The notes: generated by a model from the sequence alone, not told the origin. DNA of 64,000 nt from Planctomycetota bacterium (GCA_965223545.1 OZ245006.1:3488001-3552000); one strand, 5' to 3'. Positions 28,091 to 39,941 are shown, numbered from the stretch's first letter. Numbers and translations are program-made.

Positions 28091-29566
28091 ATGCACCGCC
28101 CAACTTCCAGCGCCCGATTCGCCTGCGCGCTCGCCGTTTGCGCCGCCACCATCGAAGCCCAGACCACGGACTGGTCACAGTTCCTCGGCAGCGACGTGTC
28201 CGCGCGGGGCGAAGGCGCGCAAACGCTGTCGTTCGACCGCGATAACGACCTACTCTACCGGGTCGCGATCCCGCCCGGCGAGTCGTCGCCGTGCGTGATC
28301 GGCGACCACATCTTCCTCACCGGAGTCGACGATGGTCAGCTCGTGATGTTCGCGCTCGACCGCGAGACCGGCCGCGAGCTCTGGCGGCACGCGGTTCCTG
28401 GCCCGAAGAGCTTCGACTTCATGCACCCCGACGCCGGGGTCGCGATGCCGACGGCGTGCAGCAACGGCCAGCGCGTGTTCTTCTACTTCCCGAGCTACGG
28501 GCTCATCGCCCGAACGATGGACGGCGAGTTGGCTTGGGAGAAGCAGCTGCCCGACCCGGCCGCCAACTTCGGCATCGGTAGCTCGCCGCGGCTGTGGAAG
28601 GACACTCTGTTCTTGCTGCGCGACGGCTGTCCGGACGGCAAGTTCTACGCCCTCGACGAGGAGACCGGGGAGGAACGGTGGTCCCTGCCACGGCTGGCGT
28701 TCCGCGACAGCCACGCGACACCGTTCATCTGGGAGAACGCGCAGCGCACCGAGCTCGTCCTCGCCAGCACCGGCACCGTGGTGGCGTACGATCCGACCAA
28801 CGGTGACGAGCTGTGGCGCGTCGAAGGCTTGACCCCGCTGGTCTGCACCACCCCCACCGCCAGCAGGGATCGGCTCTACTTCGCCGGGTGGTCGACGATC
28901 TCCGCCGCCGGGCCCGACCGCTTGCTGGCCGGGATGGAAACGCCACTGGAGCTGACCCAGGAAGAGCGCGACGACCCGGCGAAGATGTTCGCCCGCGTCG
29001 ACGCCAACGACGACGGCAAGATCGTGGCGGACGAGATCCCACCGGGCCGCGCGCGGACGGCCTTCGACTTCCTCGACCAGAATGGCGACGGCGGCATCAG
29101 CGTCGACGAGTGGACCGGACTGATGCGCTTGCCGGTGATGGGCAAGAACCTGCTGGTGTCGATCAAGCCGGGAGGCGAGGGCAACGTCACCGACACCCAC
29201 GTCGAGTGGGAAGTCAAGCGCGGCATCCCGTACGTCTCCTCCCCGCTGCTGTACGACGGCCGCATCTACATGACGAAGGCCGGCGGCATCCTCAGCTGCA
29301 TCGACGCCGAGACCGGAGATCCGCGCTTCCGGCGCGCGCGACTCGACGACCACAGCGAGTACTACGCGACGCCGATCGGGGTCGACGGACACGTTGTCAT
29401 CTGCGCCAGCGGCGGGACGGTGTTCGTCCTCGAGGCGGCGGACGAGCTCAAGGTCGTGCGCGCCGTCGACTTTGGCGAACGCATCTTCGCCACCCCGGCC
29501 ATCGCTCGAGGGCGGGTGTACTTGCGCACGCAGAAGGCGCTGTACGCGTTCGGCCAAGGCGGCTAG
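28091..29566 (+). CDS. PQQ-like beta-propeller protein with an inserted EF-hand pair
   Basis: DWSQFLG, SSP, ALDRETGRELW, YVSSPL, YATP; DANDDGKIVADE and DQNGDGGISVDE. Confidence 0.85.
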   Translation: MHRPTSSARFACALAVCAATIEAQTTDWSQFLGSDVSARGEGAQTLSFDRDNDLLYRVAIPPGESSPCVIGDHIFLTGVDDGQLVMFALDRETGRELWRHAVPGPKSFDFMHPDAGVAMPTACSNGQRVFFYFPSYGLIARTMDGELAWEKQLPDPAANFGIGSSPRLWKDTLFLLRDGCPDGKFYALDEETGEERWSLPRLAFRDSHATPFIWENAQRTELVLASTGTVVAYDPTNGDELWRVEGLTPLVCTTPTASRDRLYFAGWSTISAAGPDRLLAGMETPLELTQEERDDPAKMFARVDANDDGKIVADEIPPGRARTAFDFLDQNGDGGISVDEWTGLMRLPVMGKNLLVSIKPGGEGNVTDTHVEWEVKRGIPYVSSPLLYDGRIYMTKAGGILSCIDAETGDPRFRRARLDDHSEYYATPIGVDGHVVICASGGTVFVLEAADELKVVRAVDFGERIFATPAIARGRVYLRTQKALYAFGQGG

Positions 29567-29586
29567 GGGCTACGAGTCGGTCCCCG

Positions 29587-31965
29587 TCAGCGCGGGGCGA
29601 TCCGCAGCTCCACCGGCTGGACGCCACTTCGAGTGACGATGAGCTGTTGCGAGACATCACCGGCGAGGACACCGCCGCCGACGGTCACGGTGAACGACCC
29701 CGCCGGTAGCCACCAAGTCTCCTCCGCCAACACCACGCCACCGCCCGCGGCTTCACCGCCGAAGTTGGGGTGCGGCACGAGAAGGTGCGACCACTCGACG
29801 ACCTCGCCCGCATCGTCTTCCACCGACAGCCGGACCACCGAGCGCGGTGGCCACTGCCTCGGGCCGATCAGTCTGACGCGCGTCTCGTTCCCCGCGACCG
29901 GCTGAATGGTGCGCTGCAGCGACTCACCCACCTCCAGCACGAACTCCACCCGCTGGGAGAGACTGCCGACGAGACGGATCAGCGCGTCGTAGCGTCCCGG
30001 CGAAAGGCGCGTCAGGTCCACGTGCTCACCGGCGATGGACTCCGACCGCACCGTCCGCCCGTCGCGGCGCAGCCAGACGCCGCCCTCGGCGGGCGCGCCG
30101 TCCGGCGAGTCCTCGAACACCAATCGGATCGAGGCGGCGGGTTGCAGCTGCAGGACCCCGACGTCGCGCTCGGCGCCCGCCACCAGCTGCAGACCGCCGC
30201 GCTCGAGTAGTGGGGCGCCGGCAACGTCGACGCGCACGCGATAGACACCGGCCGGCACTGGACCGAACGTGAAGCGACCGCCGGCATCCGCGAGCTGCAT
30301 CCACAATCCCGAGTCATCATCGGCGCCGAAACCGATCTCGGCGCCGGCCGCCGGCGTGCCGTCGGCCGCCAAGACCAGGCCGCGAAGGCTCGCGTTGGCG
30401 CGGCGATGCGCGGGCACGACCAGCTCGAGCGCGGGCCCCGCGGCACGCACGCGATCGACCTTCAACGACGGCTGGCGTGGTCGAGCGCGCGGGTCGATGA
30501 CGGTGATGTCGTAGTGTTCCGGGCCGAGGCCGCGCACCTCGAACGCACCGTCCGCCGCGGAGACGGCGTAGCGGCGCCGGGTCCGCTCCCCGGGCTCTGT
30601 CTCGATGACGCTGACCTCGAGCCCCCCGACCGCCGCACCGCCCTCGTCGCGCAGCACGCCGCGCAGACTGTGCGGCGACTCCAACACCGGATCCCAACGG
30701 CCGGCGGCATCGACGGCGACCGAGAGTCTGTGGGCCGCCCGTCCGAACCCGTCGTGCACGGCTTCGAGCTCGACCGGGCCAGGGGTGATCCCGAGCAGCC
30801 GGTAGTTACCCGCGACATCGGTCTTGGCGGTCCACACGTCGACCGCGCCGCGCGCTCGTACGGTCGCGCCCTCGACCACCCGGCCCTCGGACACGACGGT
30901 GCCCCGCAGCGATCCTCCGCGGCGGAGCACGAACTCGCGCACGACCTCGCCGCCCGGCTCGAGCCGGATCCGGTCTCGCCATGGCGCGAACGCCAACGAG
31001 CGCACCACGACGTCGTGCTCACCACCGGGGATCCCGCGCAGTGCGAAGGAGCCGTCGGCATCGACCCCGACCGAGAACAGCGTGGGTCGATTGCCCCAAC
31101 GCCCGTCCTCGAGTTCGACCGAGTCGATCTGCGGCTGCCCGACCGAGACGCGAGCGCCGGGCACCGGCTGCCCGTCTCGGTCGACGACGCGACCGCGCAG
31201 CGCGCCCGCCCCTGCGCCGAGCTCCAGCTCGACCTCGACCGTCTCGCCGGCCGCACTCTCGATCAAATGCCGCAGCGACGGCGCATGCCGTTCGTGCACG
31301 GCCCCGACGCACACGCCGATGCTCGCCGTCTCCAGCTCGAAACGGCCACCCGCACCGCTCTCGGCGATCACCGCACCGTAGTGCGTGGACATCTCGGAGC
31401 TGAAGTAGATGCCGGCGCCGACGACCGGCGTGCCATCGCCGAGCACGACGCGCCCGCGCACGGTCAAACCACGCTCGATCTGCAGGGTCGCGCGCGTCGT
31501 CTCCCCTCCCGCAATCGCTACGTCTTGCCAGCCGCCGATCAGGGCGTGGGCCGACCATGCGCCGGGCGGGACTCCCTCGAAGAGCGCCGTCCCATCGGCC
31601 CCGGTTCGGGCCAAACGGCGCTGCCGATGGCCTCCACTCCGCGACACGCGCACCAGCTCGACGGCGACGCCCGGCACCGCTCGGCCGGTGGCTGCACGCT
31701 CGACGCGCAGAGACAACCCACCATCCGTGGCAAGCCCCTCTTCGACCACCGTTCTGGCGCGCTCGTCGTTCGCAGCCGTGACCGCCGGCGGCGGCGTGTC
31801 TCGAACGATCTCGCCACCGACCAGCCCCTCGGCTGGCACAGGTACGCGTGCACGCTCACCACCTGCTGCCAACGGAGCGGTGGGCCCCGGCGCGCGCGTC
31901 AGCAGCCAGCCCACCGACGAGAACACCGCGAGACCGATGATCGAGATCCAAGCTCCACGCCGCAT
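29587..31965 (-). CDS. Membrane-anchored protein with tandem carboxypeptidase-regulatory-like (Ig-like) domains
   Basis: N-terminal TM; repeated G-rV-vD-dG-PV-GA-V and TD-dG-F-l-G-pG motifs. Confidence 0.8.
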   Translation of the reverse strand: MRRGAWISIIGLAVFSSVGWLLTRAPGPTAPLAAGGERARVPVPAEGLVGGEIVRDTPPPAVTAANDERARTVVEEGLATDGGLSLRVERAATGRAVPGVAVELVRVSRSGGHRQRRLARTGADGTALFEGVPPGAWSAHALIGGWQDVAIAGGETTRATLQIERGLTVRGRVVLGDGTPVVGAGIYFSSEMSTHYGAVIAESGAGGRFELETASIGVCVGAVHERHAPSLRHLIESAAGETVEVELELGAGAGALRGRVVDRDGQPVPGARVSVGQPQIDSVELEDGRWGNRPTLFSVGVDADGSFALRGIPGGEHDVVVRSLAFAPWRDRIRLEPGGEVVREFVLRRGGSLRGTVVSEGRVVEGATVRARGAVDVWTAKTDVAGNYRLLGITPGPVELEAVHDGFGRAAHRLSVAVDAAGRWDPVLESPHSLRGVLRDEGGAAVGGLEVSVIETEPGERTRRRYAVSAADGAFEVRGLGPEHYDITVIDPRARPRQPSLKVDRVRAAGPALELVVPAHRRANASLRGLVLAADGTPAAGAEIGFGADDDSGLWMQLADAGGRFTFGPVPAGVYRVRVDVAGAPLLERGGLQLVAGAERDVGVLQLQPAASIRLVFEDSPDGAPAEGGVWLRRDGRTVRSESIAGEHVDLTRLSPGRYDALIRLVGSLSQRVEFVLEVGESLQRTIQPVAGNETRVRLIGPRQWPPRSVVRLSVEDDAGEVVEWSHLLVPHPNFGGEAAGGGVVLAEETWWLPAGSFTVTVGGGVLAGDVSQQLIVTRSGVQPVELRIAPR

Positions 31966-32060
31966 CGGCGCAAAGCTACGCAGACCGGAGCCCAGGGTTC
32001 CATGCGCCAACGCTCGGACGACCGTTGTCCGGCGCTCACCGCCCCGGCTACTGTCGGCGC

Positions 32061-33671
32061 ATGACCGAGGTCATCTCCTCCAGGATCAAGACCGGTTCGG
32101 CCGAGTTCGCCGCCAACCGCGCCCACCACTTGGCAGAGATCGAGCGCGTGCGCGCCGAGGTCGAGACGGTCAAGCGAGGCGGCTCGGAGCGGGCCGTCGA
32201 GCGCCACCGCGCCCGCGGGAAGATGCTGCCGCGCGAGCGCGTCGACCGCATCCTCGACCCTGGCAGCGCCTTCTTGGAGCTGTCGCCATTGGCAGCGCAC
32301 GGCCTGTACGGCGGCGACGCGCCCGGCGCAGGCCTGGTCACCGGCATCGGAACGGTCGCCGGTCGAGAGATGATGCTGGTGGCCAACGACGCCACCGTGA
32401 AGGGCGGCACCTACTTCCCGATGACGGTGAAGAAGCACGTCCGCGCGCAGGACATCGCGCTGCAGAACCACTTGCCGTGCATCTACCTGGTCGATTCGGG
32501 CGGCGCGTTCCTGCCGCTGCAGGACGAGGTGTTCCCCGACCGCGATCACTTCGGCCGCATCTTCTTCAATCAGGCGCGCATGTCGGCTGCGGGGATCCCG
32601 CAGATCGCGGTCGTGCTCGGCTCGTGCACCGCAGGTGGCGCCTACGTGCCGGCGATGAGCGACGAGTCGATCATCGTCAAGGACAACGGCACGATCTTCT
32701 TGGGCGGGCCACCGTTGGTCAAAGCAGCCACCGGCGAAGTCGTCGACGCCGAGGAGCTCGGCGGCGCGGACGTGCACACCCGCCTGTCGGGAGTCGCCGA
32801 CCACTTCGCCCGCGACGAAGAGCACGCCCTGGAGCTGTGTCGCAGCATCGCCGGACACCTGCACACCCGACCCGCGCACCCTATCACGCTGCAGGCCGCC
32901 GAGGACCCGCTCTACGACCCGGCCGAGATCCCCGGTGTTCTGCCGGTCGACGCGCGGCAGCCGTTCGATGTCCGCGAGGTGATCGCGCGGCTCGTCGACG
33001 GCAGCCGGATGCACGAGTTCAAGGCACGCTACGGCGAGACGCTCGTCTGTGGCATGGCGCACATCCACGGCATCCCGGTCGGCATCTTGGCCAACAACGG
33101 GATCCTCTTCTCGGAAAGCTCGCTGAAGGGAGCCCACTTCGTCGAGCTCTGTGCGCAGCGCAAGATCCCACTGCTGTTCCTGCAGAACATCGTCGGCTTC
33201 ATGGTCGGCAAGAAGTACGAGAACGGCGGCATCGCCAAGGACGGTGCCAAGCTCGTGCAGGCCGTGGCTACCGCACAGGTGCCGAAGATCACCGTGCTGG
33301 TCGGCGGCTCGTTCGGCGCCGGCAACTACGGGATGTGCGGCCGCGCCTACGAACCCCGATTCCTGTTCATGTGGCCGAACGCCCGGATCTCGGTGATGGG
33401 CGGCGAGCAGGCTGCCAGCGTGCTCGTGCAGGTCAAACGGGATCAGCTGGAGAAAGCCGGGGAAGCGCTGTCCGCCGACGACGAAGCTGCGATCCGCACT
33501 CCCATCCTCGAGAAGTACGAGACCGAGGGGCACCCGTTGCACTCGACGGCGCGGCTGTGGGACGACGGCATTCTCGACCCGCGCGACACGCGGGACGCGC
33601 TCGGGTTGGCGCTTGCCGCGACGCTCAACGCGCCGGTCGGCGACTATCGGGCGCCGGTGTTCCGCATGTAG
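32061..33671 (+). CDS. Acyl-CoA carboxylase carboxyltransferase subunit (3-methylcrotonyl-CoA carboxylase beta, LiuB/MccB-like)
   Basis: [61 protein letters not shown]. Confidence 0.95.
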   Translation: MTEVISSRIKTGSAEFAANRAHHLAEIERVRAEVETVKRGGSERAVERHRARGKMLPRERVDRILDPGSAFLELSPLAAHGLYGGDAPGAGLVTGIGTVAGREMMLVANDATVKGGTYFPMTVKKHVRAQDIALQNHLPCIYLVDSGGAFLPLQDEVFPDRDHFGRIFFNQARMSAAGIPQIAVVLGSCTAGGAYVPAMSDESIIVKDNGTIFLGGPPLVKAATGEVVDAEELGGADVHTRLSGVADHFARDEEHALELCRSIAGHLHTRPAHPITLQAAEDPLYDPAEIPGVLPVDARQPFDVREVIARLVDGSRMHEFKARYGETLVCGMAHIHGIPVGILANNGILFSESSLKGAHFVELCAQRKIPLLFLQNIVGFMVGKKYENGGIAKDGAKLVQAVATAQVPKITVLVGGSFGAGNYGMCGRAYEPRFLFMWPNARISVMGGEQAASVLVQVKRDQLEKAGEALSADDEAAIRTPILEKYETEGHPLHSTARLWDDGILDPRDTRDALGLALAATLNAPVGDYRAPVFRM

Positions 33672-33699
33672 CCGAGACCCACGCGCGCCGAGCGGCCGC

Positions 33700-35232
33700 T
33701 TACTGGCGCAACACCGCCGCGACCTGGTCTGCGATCACTTCGTAACCGGCGTCGTTGCAGTGGCCGTCCGGCACGAACAGCTCGTCGCGCTGCCGCTCGC
33801 GCAACAGCTCCTCGAAGACCGATCCCAACCGCACGCGCTCGGCACCATGAGCACCGGCGACGCGGTCGACGATTTCTTCGACGACCGGCAACCGCAGCGG
33901 ATAGTCGAGCAACACCAGTCGTGCCCCCGCCGCCTGCACGAGGGCCGCAACGCGCTGCAGATGGCGCTCCAGAACGAGGCCATAGCCGGCGGCACGGTTG
34001 TCGGCGCGGTGCCAGAGACCGCGGAGCTCGGCGCGACGCTCCGCCGACGGCGCGAACTCGTCGACCGCTGCTTCGTATTCCTCCGCCGTCACCCGCAGCA
34101 ACGGCAACAGCCCGACCAACGCGCCGTCCATGCCGTCCAGGCAGGCAGCCTCGACGCTCCAGGCCAAGCGATCCTGCGCCGGCTTGCCGGGCGCCATGCA
34201 CAATCCGCGGAGCAGCACGGCGCGCGTGCGGGCATCCTCCGCGTCTGCCAGTGCAGCACGCACCAGCGCTTCGAGCCGCTGCCAGTGTGCCGGCTCGAGC
34301 CGTAGGTCCTGCAGCCGGCGCCAGATCGCCGCGTTGGTCGGCGACTCGGCGATACGTGCGCAGGCCCACTCGAACTCTTCATCGAAGCCAGGATCGTCGG
34401 GGCCGAGCGAGCGCGCGGTGCGAAACAGGCTCTCGTCCGCCGGGCGGGCCCCTTCGGGCAGAGGACCAGGCGCAAAGCGGTACTCGCGCCGCATCCAGTC
34501 CGCTTGTAGGTAGAGGTCTTCGCCATCGCGGCGCAGGGTGGCCCGGCGCTCTACACCGTTCGGAAACTTGACCGCCAAGCCGTCGCCGTCGCGACGCCAG
34601 GTCATGTGATAGCCGCCGATGGCGAATCGTCCGGTGGCCTCGATCCAAAGCTCGGTACCGGTCTCGGGCTCGTGCCAGCGGCCGGCGAACTCCGCTGCGG
34701 TGGCCGCATCGTCGCGCCACCACTGCTGCATCAAGGCCAGCATCCGACCGGTCCGCCAGACGATCGGAAACTCCGCGTCGCTGTCCCCGGCGTCCTCCAG
34801 CTCCGCGTCGGTGACTTCGCCCGGTAGACTCCACGCGTCGTTGGTGCCGACGAGCACGCAGACGACATCGGGCCGGTGCTGCGCCAACTGCCGGGGCAGG
34901 GCCAGCAGTAGCTCGCGCGAGTTGCGGCCGGCACGTCCCGCGTTGACCACGCGCCACTCGCCGCCCCGAGCGGCATTGAGACGCGCCTCGAGCTGCGCGG
35001 GGTAGGCCTGCTCCTGCCCCGAAGCACCGACGCCGTAGGTGTTGGAGTCGCCGACGCAGAGGACGATCGCAGCACTGTCCGCGCCGACCGGCTGCTCGCG
35101 GCCACCACCCCACCACACCGCGAACGAAATTGCCTGCAACGCCAGCTCGAACACGAGCAGGGCGGCCACCACACCGAAGACGATGCCGAGAAGCGGCCTC
35201 GAGGAGGTCTTGCGTCGCGCAGCCGGCACCAT
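33700..35232 (-). CDS. SGNH/GDSL hydrolase with N-terminal TM and a large internal insertion
   Basis: CVGDSNTYG (block I), NAGRAG (II), GTND (III), DGHCN (V). Confidence 0.85.
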   Translation of the reverse strand: MVPAARRKTSSRPLLGIVFGVVAALLVFELALQAISFAVWWGGGREQPVGADSAAIVLCVGDSNTYGVGASGQEQAYPAQLEARLNAARGGEWRVVNAGRAGRNSRELLLALPRQLAQHRPDVVCVLVGTNDAWSLPGEVTDAELEDAGDSDAEFPIVWRTGRMLALMQQWWRDDAATAAEFAGRWHEPETGTELWIEATGRFAIGGYHMTWRRDGDGLAVKFPNGVERRATLRRDGEDLYLQADWMRREYRFAPGPLPEGARPADESLFRTARSLGPDDPGFDEEFEWACARIAESPTNAAIWRRLQDLRLEPAHWQRLEALVRAALADAEDARTRAVLLRGLCMAPGKPAQDRLAWSVEAACLDGMDGALVGLLPLLRVTAEEYEAAVDEFAPSAERRAELRGLWHRADNRAAGYGLVLERHLQRVAALVQAAGARLVLLDYPLRLPVVEEIVDRVAGAHGAERVRLGSVFEELLRERQRDELFVPDGHCNDAGYEVIADQVAAVLRQ

Positions 35233-35301
35233 TCGGCCGACCAGCTTAGCTGGCCATGGATCGCGCTTGAAACGACCAGCGCAATCGCACAAAGAGGCAC
35301 C

Positions 35302-35709
35302 GTGACCACCCCCCCAGCCGACGCGACTCCGGCGTTGTCCGCCGAAGAACGCCAGCGGCTGCAGCGCATCGCCGAGCGCCTGGCGATCCCCCGACTGCGC
35401 CGCCACGTCCTGCTCTGCGCCGACCAGACCGTCCCCAAGTGCTGTGACCGGGAGTCGTCCCTGGAGTCGTGGTCGTACCTGAAGAAGCGCCTCGCCGAAC
35501 TCGGCCTCAGCGACGCCGGCGGAACCTTCCGCACCAAGGCCAACTGCCTGCGCATCTGCTCCGAGGGCCCGATCGCGGTGGTCTACCCGGAGGGCACCTG
35601 GTACGCCCGCTGCACCCCCGCTGCCATCGAGCGGATCATCCAGGAGCACCTCATCGGCGGCCGGCCGGTGCGGGAGCTGATGATCGAAGAACGGCCGCTG
35701 GGGCACTGA
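35302..35709 (+). CDS. Thioredoxin-like [2Fe-2S] ferredoxin
   Basis: [43 protein letters not shown]. Confidence 0.92.
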   Translation: MTTPPADATPALSAEERQRLQRIAERLAIPRLRRHVLLCADQTVPKCCDRESSLESWSYLKKRLAELGLSDAGGTFRTKANCLRICSEGPIAVVYPEGTWYARCTPAAIERIIQEHLIGGRPVRELMIEERPLGH

Positions 35710-35978
35710 GCCGGCGCCGGAAAGCGGCGCGACGGTCACTTTTCTGGAAAACCGCGAAACGCGGACGCACCCCTGACACCAGTAGGGGTGAGACGACACC
35801 CGTGGCCTGCCTGCCTCGCCCCGGGTGCCAACCGCCGCGGGGGGGTTGGAGGAGACGAGGGTGGGTTTTCGTTTTTCTCCTCCGCTTCCCCCGGCGGTTC
35901 TCGCCTCTCCACTGCCTTCTGTTCGTGGCCGGCCCGGTTCCGGCGAAGAATGGAGGACTAGGGATCCAGGACAGAGTC

Positions 35979-36019
35979 GGCGGTGGCCCCCTCAACTGGG
36001 GAGCCACCGCCAGTTTTTT
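35979..36019 (+). terminator. Rho-independent terminator
   Basis: GGCGGTGGC...GCCACCGCC stem followed by AGTTTTTT. Confidence 0.8.
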
Positions 36020-36077
36020 GTCCAGCCGGACCGCGCGCAGTTTGGGTGCCCCTCGGCCAGCCCATACGCTCCGCCGC

Positions 36078-36605
36078 GTGCGCGGCCTCATCATCCGACT
36101 GCTGTTCGTCCCGACGCTGCTCTACAACCTGCTGCTGGCGGGGCTGCTGCCCTCGCGGCGCTGGTGGGACACGGTCGAGCCGCACGTGATCCTGGGGGCC
36201 CTGCCGTTGCCGTGGCTGGTCGACGACATGGCGCGCGCCGGCGTGCGCGCAGTCGTCAACACGTGCGTCGAGTACGGTGGCCCCGAGAAGGGCTACGCCC
36301 GGCACGACATCGCGCAGCTGCGGACGCCCACCCTCGATTTCACCCCGCCCACTCTGGCCGACATCGAGCGCGCCGTGGGCTACATCCAAGCGCACGTCGA
36401 GGCCAAGGAGACTGTCTACGTGCACTGCAAGGCGGGGCGTGGCCGCAGCGCGACCGTGGTGCTGTGCTGGCTGGTCGCGCACCGCGGCATGCAGCCGAGG
36501 CAGGCGCAGGCAGCGCTGGAGGCGGTGCGCCCGCACGTCAACCACGGTCTGTGGCAGCGCGCGGTGGTGCAGGAGTTCGCGGCGAAACACGCGGCCCCGG
36601 CGTAG
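36078..36605 (+). CDS. PTPMT1-like dual-specificity phosphatase (putative phosphatidylglycerophosphatase)
   Basis: LFVPTLLYN, WWD, ILGALP, DFTPP, VYVHCKAGRGRSAT. Confidence 0.88.
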   Translation: MRGLIIRLLFVPTLLYNLLLAGLLPSRRWWDTVEPHVILGALPLPWLVDDMARAGVRAVVNTCVEYGGPEKGYARHDIAQLRTPTLDFTPPTLADIERAVGYIQAHVEAKETVYVHCKAGRGRSATVVLCWLVAHRGMQPRQAQAALEAVRPHVNHGLWQRAVVQEFAAKHAAPA

Positions 36606-38784
36606 TCGCTCCGAGGAACGACTCGACCAACACCGGCAGCAGCCAGAGGTCCGCGATCAGCGCGGTGAGGACCACGGCCGTGAGCAGGACGCCCACATCT
36701 TGGGTCGACCGCAGGTCCGTCGGCAGGTAGCTCAGCGCGCCGGCCGCCATGATCACCGAAGTGACCAGCAGGGCCCGGCCGGTGCACCGCAGCGTGCGCA
36801 GCAAGACCGTGCGAACCGGAGCGCCGGGATCGGCGCGCTGCTCCTGGCGAAACCGCGTCAAGACGTGAATGCTGTCATCGACGGCGAGGCCGAGCCCGAG
36901 GCAGTAGATCATCACGATGCCGACGCGCACCGGAATATCGAGCCAACCCGTGAGCCCGAGGGCGACGGTGATCGGCAGGACGTTGGGGAGCATCGATACC
37001 AGCCCGAGACGCCACGAGCGGTAGATCACGCTGACGAAGACGGTGATCGCCAGCAATGACACCGCGAAGCTCTGCAGCAGCGTGACGATGATCAGCCGCG
37101 AGCTCTGGTGGGCCATGAGGGTGTAGCTCACCGCCTCGGCACGGATCACGGCCGCGTGTGGCCGAGCCGCTTCGGTGACGCGCTGCTCGAGCTCGAGGAA
37201 CCGCTGGGTGCCGAGATCGCCGGTGCGAAACGTCAGACGCCCGTTGCGCATGTCACGGTCCACCAAGTGACCGGGGAACTCATCGCCGAGAGCGCGGAGG
37301 ATGCGCACCGCCGCGGTGACCGAGTCCGCATCCAGCGACCGTTCCGGGCCCGCGATCTCGCGCAGCCAATCGACATAGCTGTGGGCGGTCGTTACCCCCG
37401 GCTCCTCGATCAGGGCGGCGCGCAGCGCGTCGACCGCGGCGACGGCTTCGGCGGAGGCGAGATCGCCCTCCAGCTGCACCGTGAAGTGGAGCGGCCCGGT
37501 GAAGTGCTCGCCAAACCAGTGCACCGCGGCGACAGCGGGATCGTCGGCCGGCAGCTCCTCCAGCCAACGCGACTCGACCCGGATCCGCGACGCGCCCCAG
37601 ACCGATGCCGCCACTACCACGACCGCAACCAGCAGGGTGAGCCGCCGCCGCCCGTAGCTGACGCGGTCGAACACGTTCTCCAGCACCGGCGCGGCGGCGC
37701 GGCGCACCGGCCACCATGCCAACCCCAGCGGCATCAGCAGCATCACGGTCAGCCAGGTGACGCCGACCGCCATGCTAGCTTTGAGGGCGAACTCCCGCAC
37801 CGACTCGTGGCGGGCGACCAAGAGCGACAAGAAGCCGAGCGCGGTGGTGAACGAGGTGTGGAAACAAGCCACCCCGACATGGCGGAGCATGTCGACGATC
37901 GCGGCGCTGCGGTCGCGGTAGGCGCGCATTCCGACTTCGAAGCGGTGCAACATGTGCACGGCATCGCACAGGCCGAGAATCGTGATCAGGCCGGGGATCG
38001 CCACGTCGAGGACGGTGATCGACAAGCCCAGCGCGGCCATCAGGCCGAGATCCAGGGTGATCGCCACCAACACGACCAGCAGCGGAAGCAGCACACCGCG
38101 CACCGAGCGGAACAGCAGGGGCGCCAACAGGGCGAACAACAGCAGCTCGAGCAAGGCGCTGTCTCGCATCGAGCTCAACATCAGATCGCCGAGAGTGCGC
38201 TCCACGGGTGCCGAGCCCAGCATCCGCACGGTGGCCTCGTCGCCGATCACGCGTGCCAACAGCGTCTCGACGTCGTGCAGCAGCTCGGCCTCGCGGACCG
38301 CCGGTTGGGCTTTGATCAACACCACCGTCGAGCGGCCGTCCACCGACAGCAATGTGCGATGCAGGATCGGGTGCCGCGCCACGACATCGGCTACCGTGCC
38401 ATCGCCGATCAAGCTGGCGACCGTGGTGGGGATCGGCACGCCGAGCACACGCTCCAAGACGCGCACCGATGCCAGCGACTCGACCGCGCCGACGCTGCGC
38501 AGACCGAGCAGATCCTGCTCGACCTCGGCGAGGCGCGAGAGCTCGGCGACGCGCAGGGGGCTTGGCCACGTCAGCGAGACGATCAGGTCGACCCCTGGCG
38601 GCGGCAGCCGCTCGTGGAACGACGCGACGCGCTGGCGCTGGTCGGCATCACCTTCGATCAAGGGCTCGATCGAGAAGTCCAGCCGGGAGTGCGGCAGCCA
38701 CGCGACGGCCACGACGACGACTGCCACCGCGAGCGCCGTCAACGGGGCGCGTAGGGCCAGGACCAGCTCGGCGAACCTCTGCAC
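36538..38784 (-). CDS. MMPL/RND family transporter
   Basis: Two 6-TM halves; CDAVHML, TSFTTALGFLSL, PNVLP, GLAVDDSIH, GRALLVTS, LLPVL. Confidence 0.9.
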   Translation of the reverse strand: MQRFAELVLALRAPLTALAVAVVVVAVAWLPHSRLDFSIEPLIEGDADQRQRVASFHERLPPPGVDLIVSLTWPSPLRVAELSRLAEVEQDLLGLRSVGAVESLASVRVLERVLGVPIPTTVASLIGDGTVADVVARHPILHRTLLSVDGRSTVVLIKAQPAVREAELLHDVETLLARVIGDEATVRMLGSAPVERTLGDLMLSSMRDSALLELLLFALLAPLLFRSVRGVLLPLLVVLVAITLDLGLMAALGLSITVLDVAIPGLITILGLCDAVHMLHRFEVGMRAYRDRSAAIVDMLRHVGVACFHTSFTTALGFLSLLVARHESVREFALKASMAVGVTWLTVMLLMPLGLAWWPVRRAAAPVLENVFDRVSYGRRRLTLLVAVVVVAASVWGASRIRVESRWLEELPADDPAVAAVHWFGEHFTGPLHFTVQLEGDLASAEAVAAVDALRAALIEEPGVTTAHSYVDWLREIAGPERSLDADSVTAAVRILRALGDEFPGHLVDRDMRNGRLTFRTGDLGTQRFLELEQRVTEAARPHAAVIRAEAVSYTLMAHQSSRLIIVTLLQSFAVSLLAITVFVSVIYRSWRLGLVSMLPNVLPITVALGLTGWLDIPVRVGIVMIYCLGLGLAVDDSIHVLTRFRQEQRADPGAPVRTVLLRTLRCTGRALLVTSVIMAAGALSYLPTDLRSTQDVGVLLTAVVLTALIADLWLLPVLVESFLGATTPGPRVSPRTPAPPRAATDRG

Positions 38785-38966
38785 GCGTTCCGTCTCTAGC
38801 AGGCCGCGCTCCGTTTCTCATCTGCGTTCTGGGGTCGCGGTTCCCGTGTTCGGCAGAACCCATCGCATGGCGCCGCCGTCGATTCGCTCAACAGACGGCG
38901 CGCCGATGCCCGAAGGTTGGTCGAACGAAGCGCCGCGGTGCCGTGGAAACCCACAGGGAGAACGTC

Positions 38967-39941
38967 TTGTCGAAACTGGCCACAGTCCTGGCGGCCGGTG
39001 CGATTCTGATCGCAGCCTGCCGGGATCCCGGCCCGCCCCCGCCCGGGGTGCGCATCGACGAGGCGCACCGCGACCCCGAGCCGGTGCCGTTGCTGGCGGC
39101 GACGGGGGAGCAGCCAGCGGCGGAGCTCGACCCGCGCGCGGGCCACCCGGGCGGCCTCGCCGCCGCGCCGCCAGGTGGTGCCGGTCGGCAGACCACCGCC
39201 GAGGCGCTCCCGCGCCAGTCGTTGCCCGTGCGCATCGGCCCGCTGTGCCAGGCGTTGATCGGCGACCTGTTGGAGCGGGCGTTCGAAGCGCACGACCAGC
39301 GCTGGGATCTGGTCTGGCTCAAGAGCACCGATCGCGGTGCGCTCGACGAGGTCGGTGCCGATCGCTGCCCCGCGGCGGTCGTCGCTCTGCCGCTGGCGCC
39401 CGTCGATCACGCGCGCGGCCTCACCGCGCACCTGCTCGGCGCGCAAGTCGCCGTGGTCGCGGTGACCGACGAGAGCGGTCTCAACGGCCTCACCGAGCCG
39501 CAGCTGCGGCTGGCCTGCACCGGCCGCGCGCGGGAGTGGAACGAGATCGCCTATCAACGCGGCGAGATCCAGCTGTGCAGCGGCCCGGTCGACGTCGAGT
39601 ACAACGCCCTCACAGGCCTCCTTCTCCCCGGAGCAACGATCTTCAGCGGCACCCGGCGGGCGCGCAGCACGCACGCGCTGCTCGAACGCGTCAAGGGCGA
39701 CCCGCTGGCGCTCGCCATCACCTCGCTGGCGGCGGTGCGGTCCACCGCGGGCGTCCGCGCGGTTGCCGTGCAAGGCATCGACGCCGCGCCACGGCATGTC
39801 GCCGCTGGCCGCTACCCGTTCGTGCGCCGGCTGTCGTTCGCGCACGCCGCGCGGCCGCTGCCGGGCGTGCGGGCATTGCTCGAGTACGCGACGTCGGAGA
39901 CCGGCCGTGCGGTTCTGAGCGCGCGGGTGACCACCCCCTGA
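38967..39941 (+). CDS. Lipoprotein with a PBP/PstS-like substrate-binding domain
   Basis: AGGGAG RBS + TTG start; lipobox LIAAC; AVVAV...LT..QLR...TG...W; GRYPFVRRL; LLEYATSETGR. Confidence 0.7.
   Translation: MSKLATVLAAGAILIAACRDPGPPPPGVRIDEAHRDPEPVPLLAATGEQPAAELDPRAGHPGGLAAAPPGGAGRQTTAEALPRQSLPVRIGPLCQALIGDLLERAFEAHDQRWDLVWLKSTDRGALDEVGADRCPAAVVALPLAPVDHARGLTAHLLGAQVAVVAVTDESGLNGLTEPQLRLACTGRAREWNEIAYQRGEIQLCSGPVDVEYNALTGLLLPGATIFSGTRRARSTHALLERVKGDPLALAITSLAAVRSTAGVRAVAVQGIDAAPRHVAAGRYPFVRRLSFAHAARPLPGVRALLEYATSETGRAVLSARVTTP

Noticed and set aside
28015..28100. tRNA-like motifs on the minus strand (TAGTGGCAATGC; GGGGGTCCGTATTCC)
   Set aside because: No full acceptor stem, anticodon arm or TTC T-loop can be built, and the region overlaps the start of a real gene.
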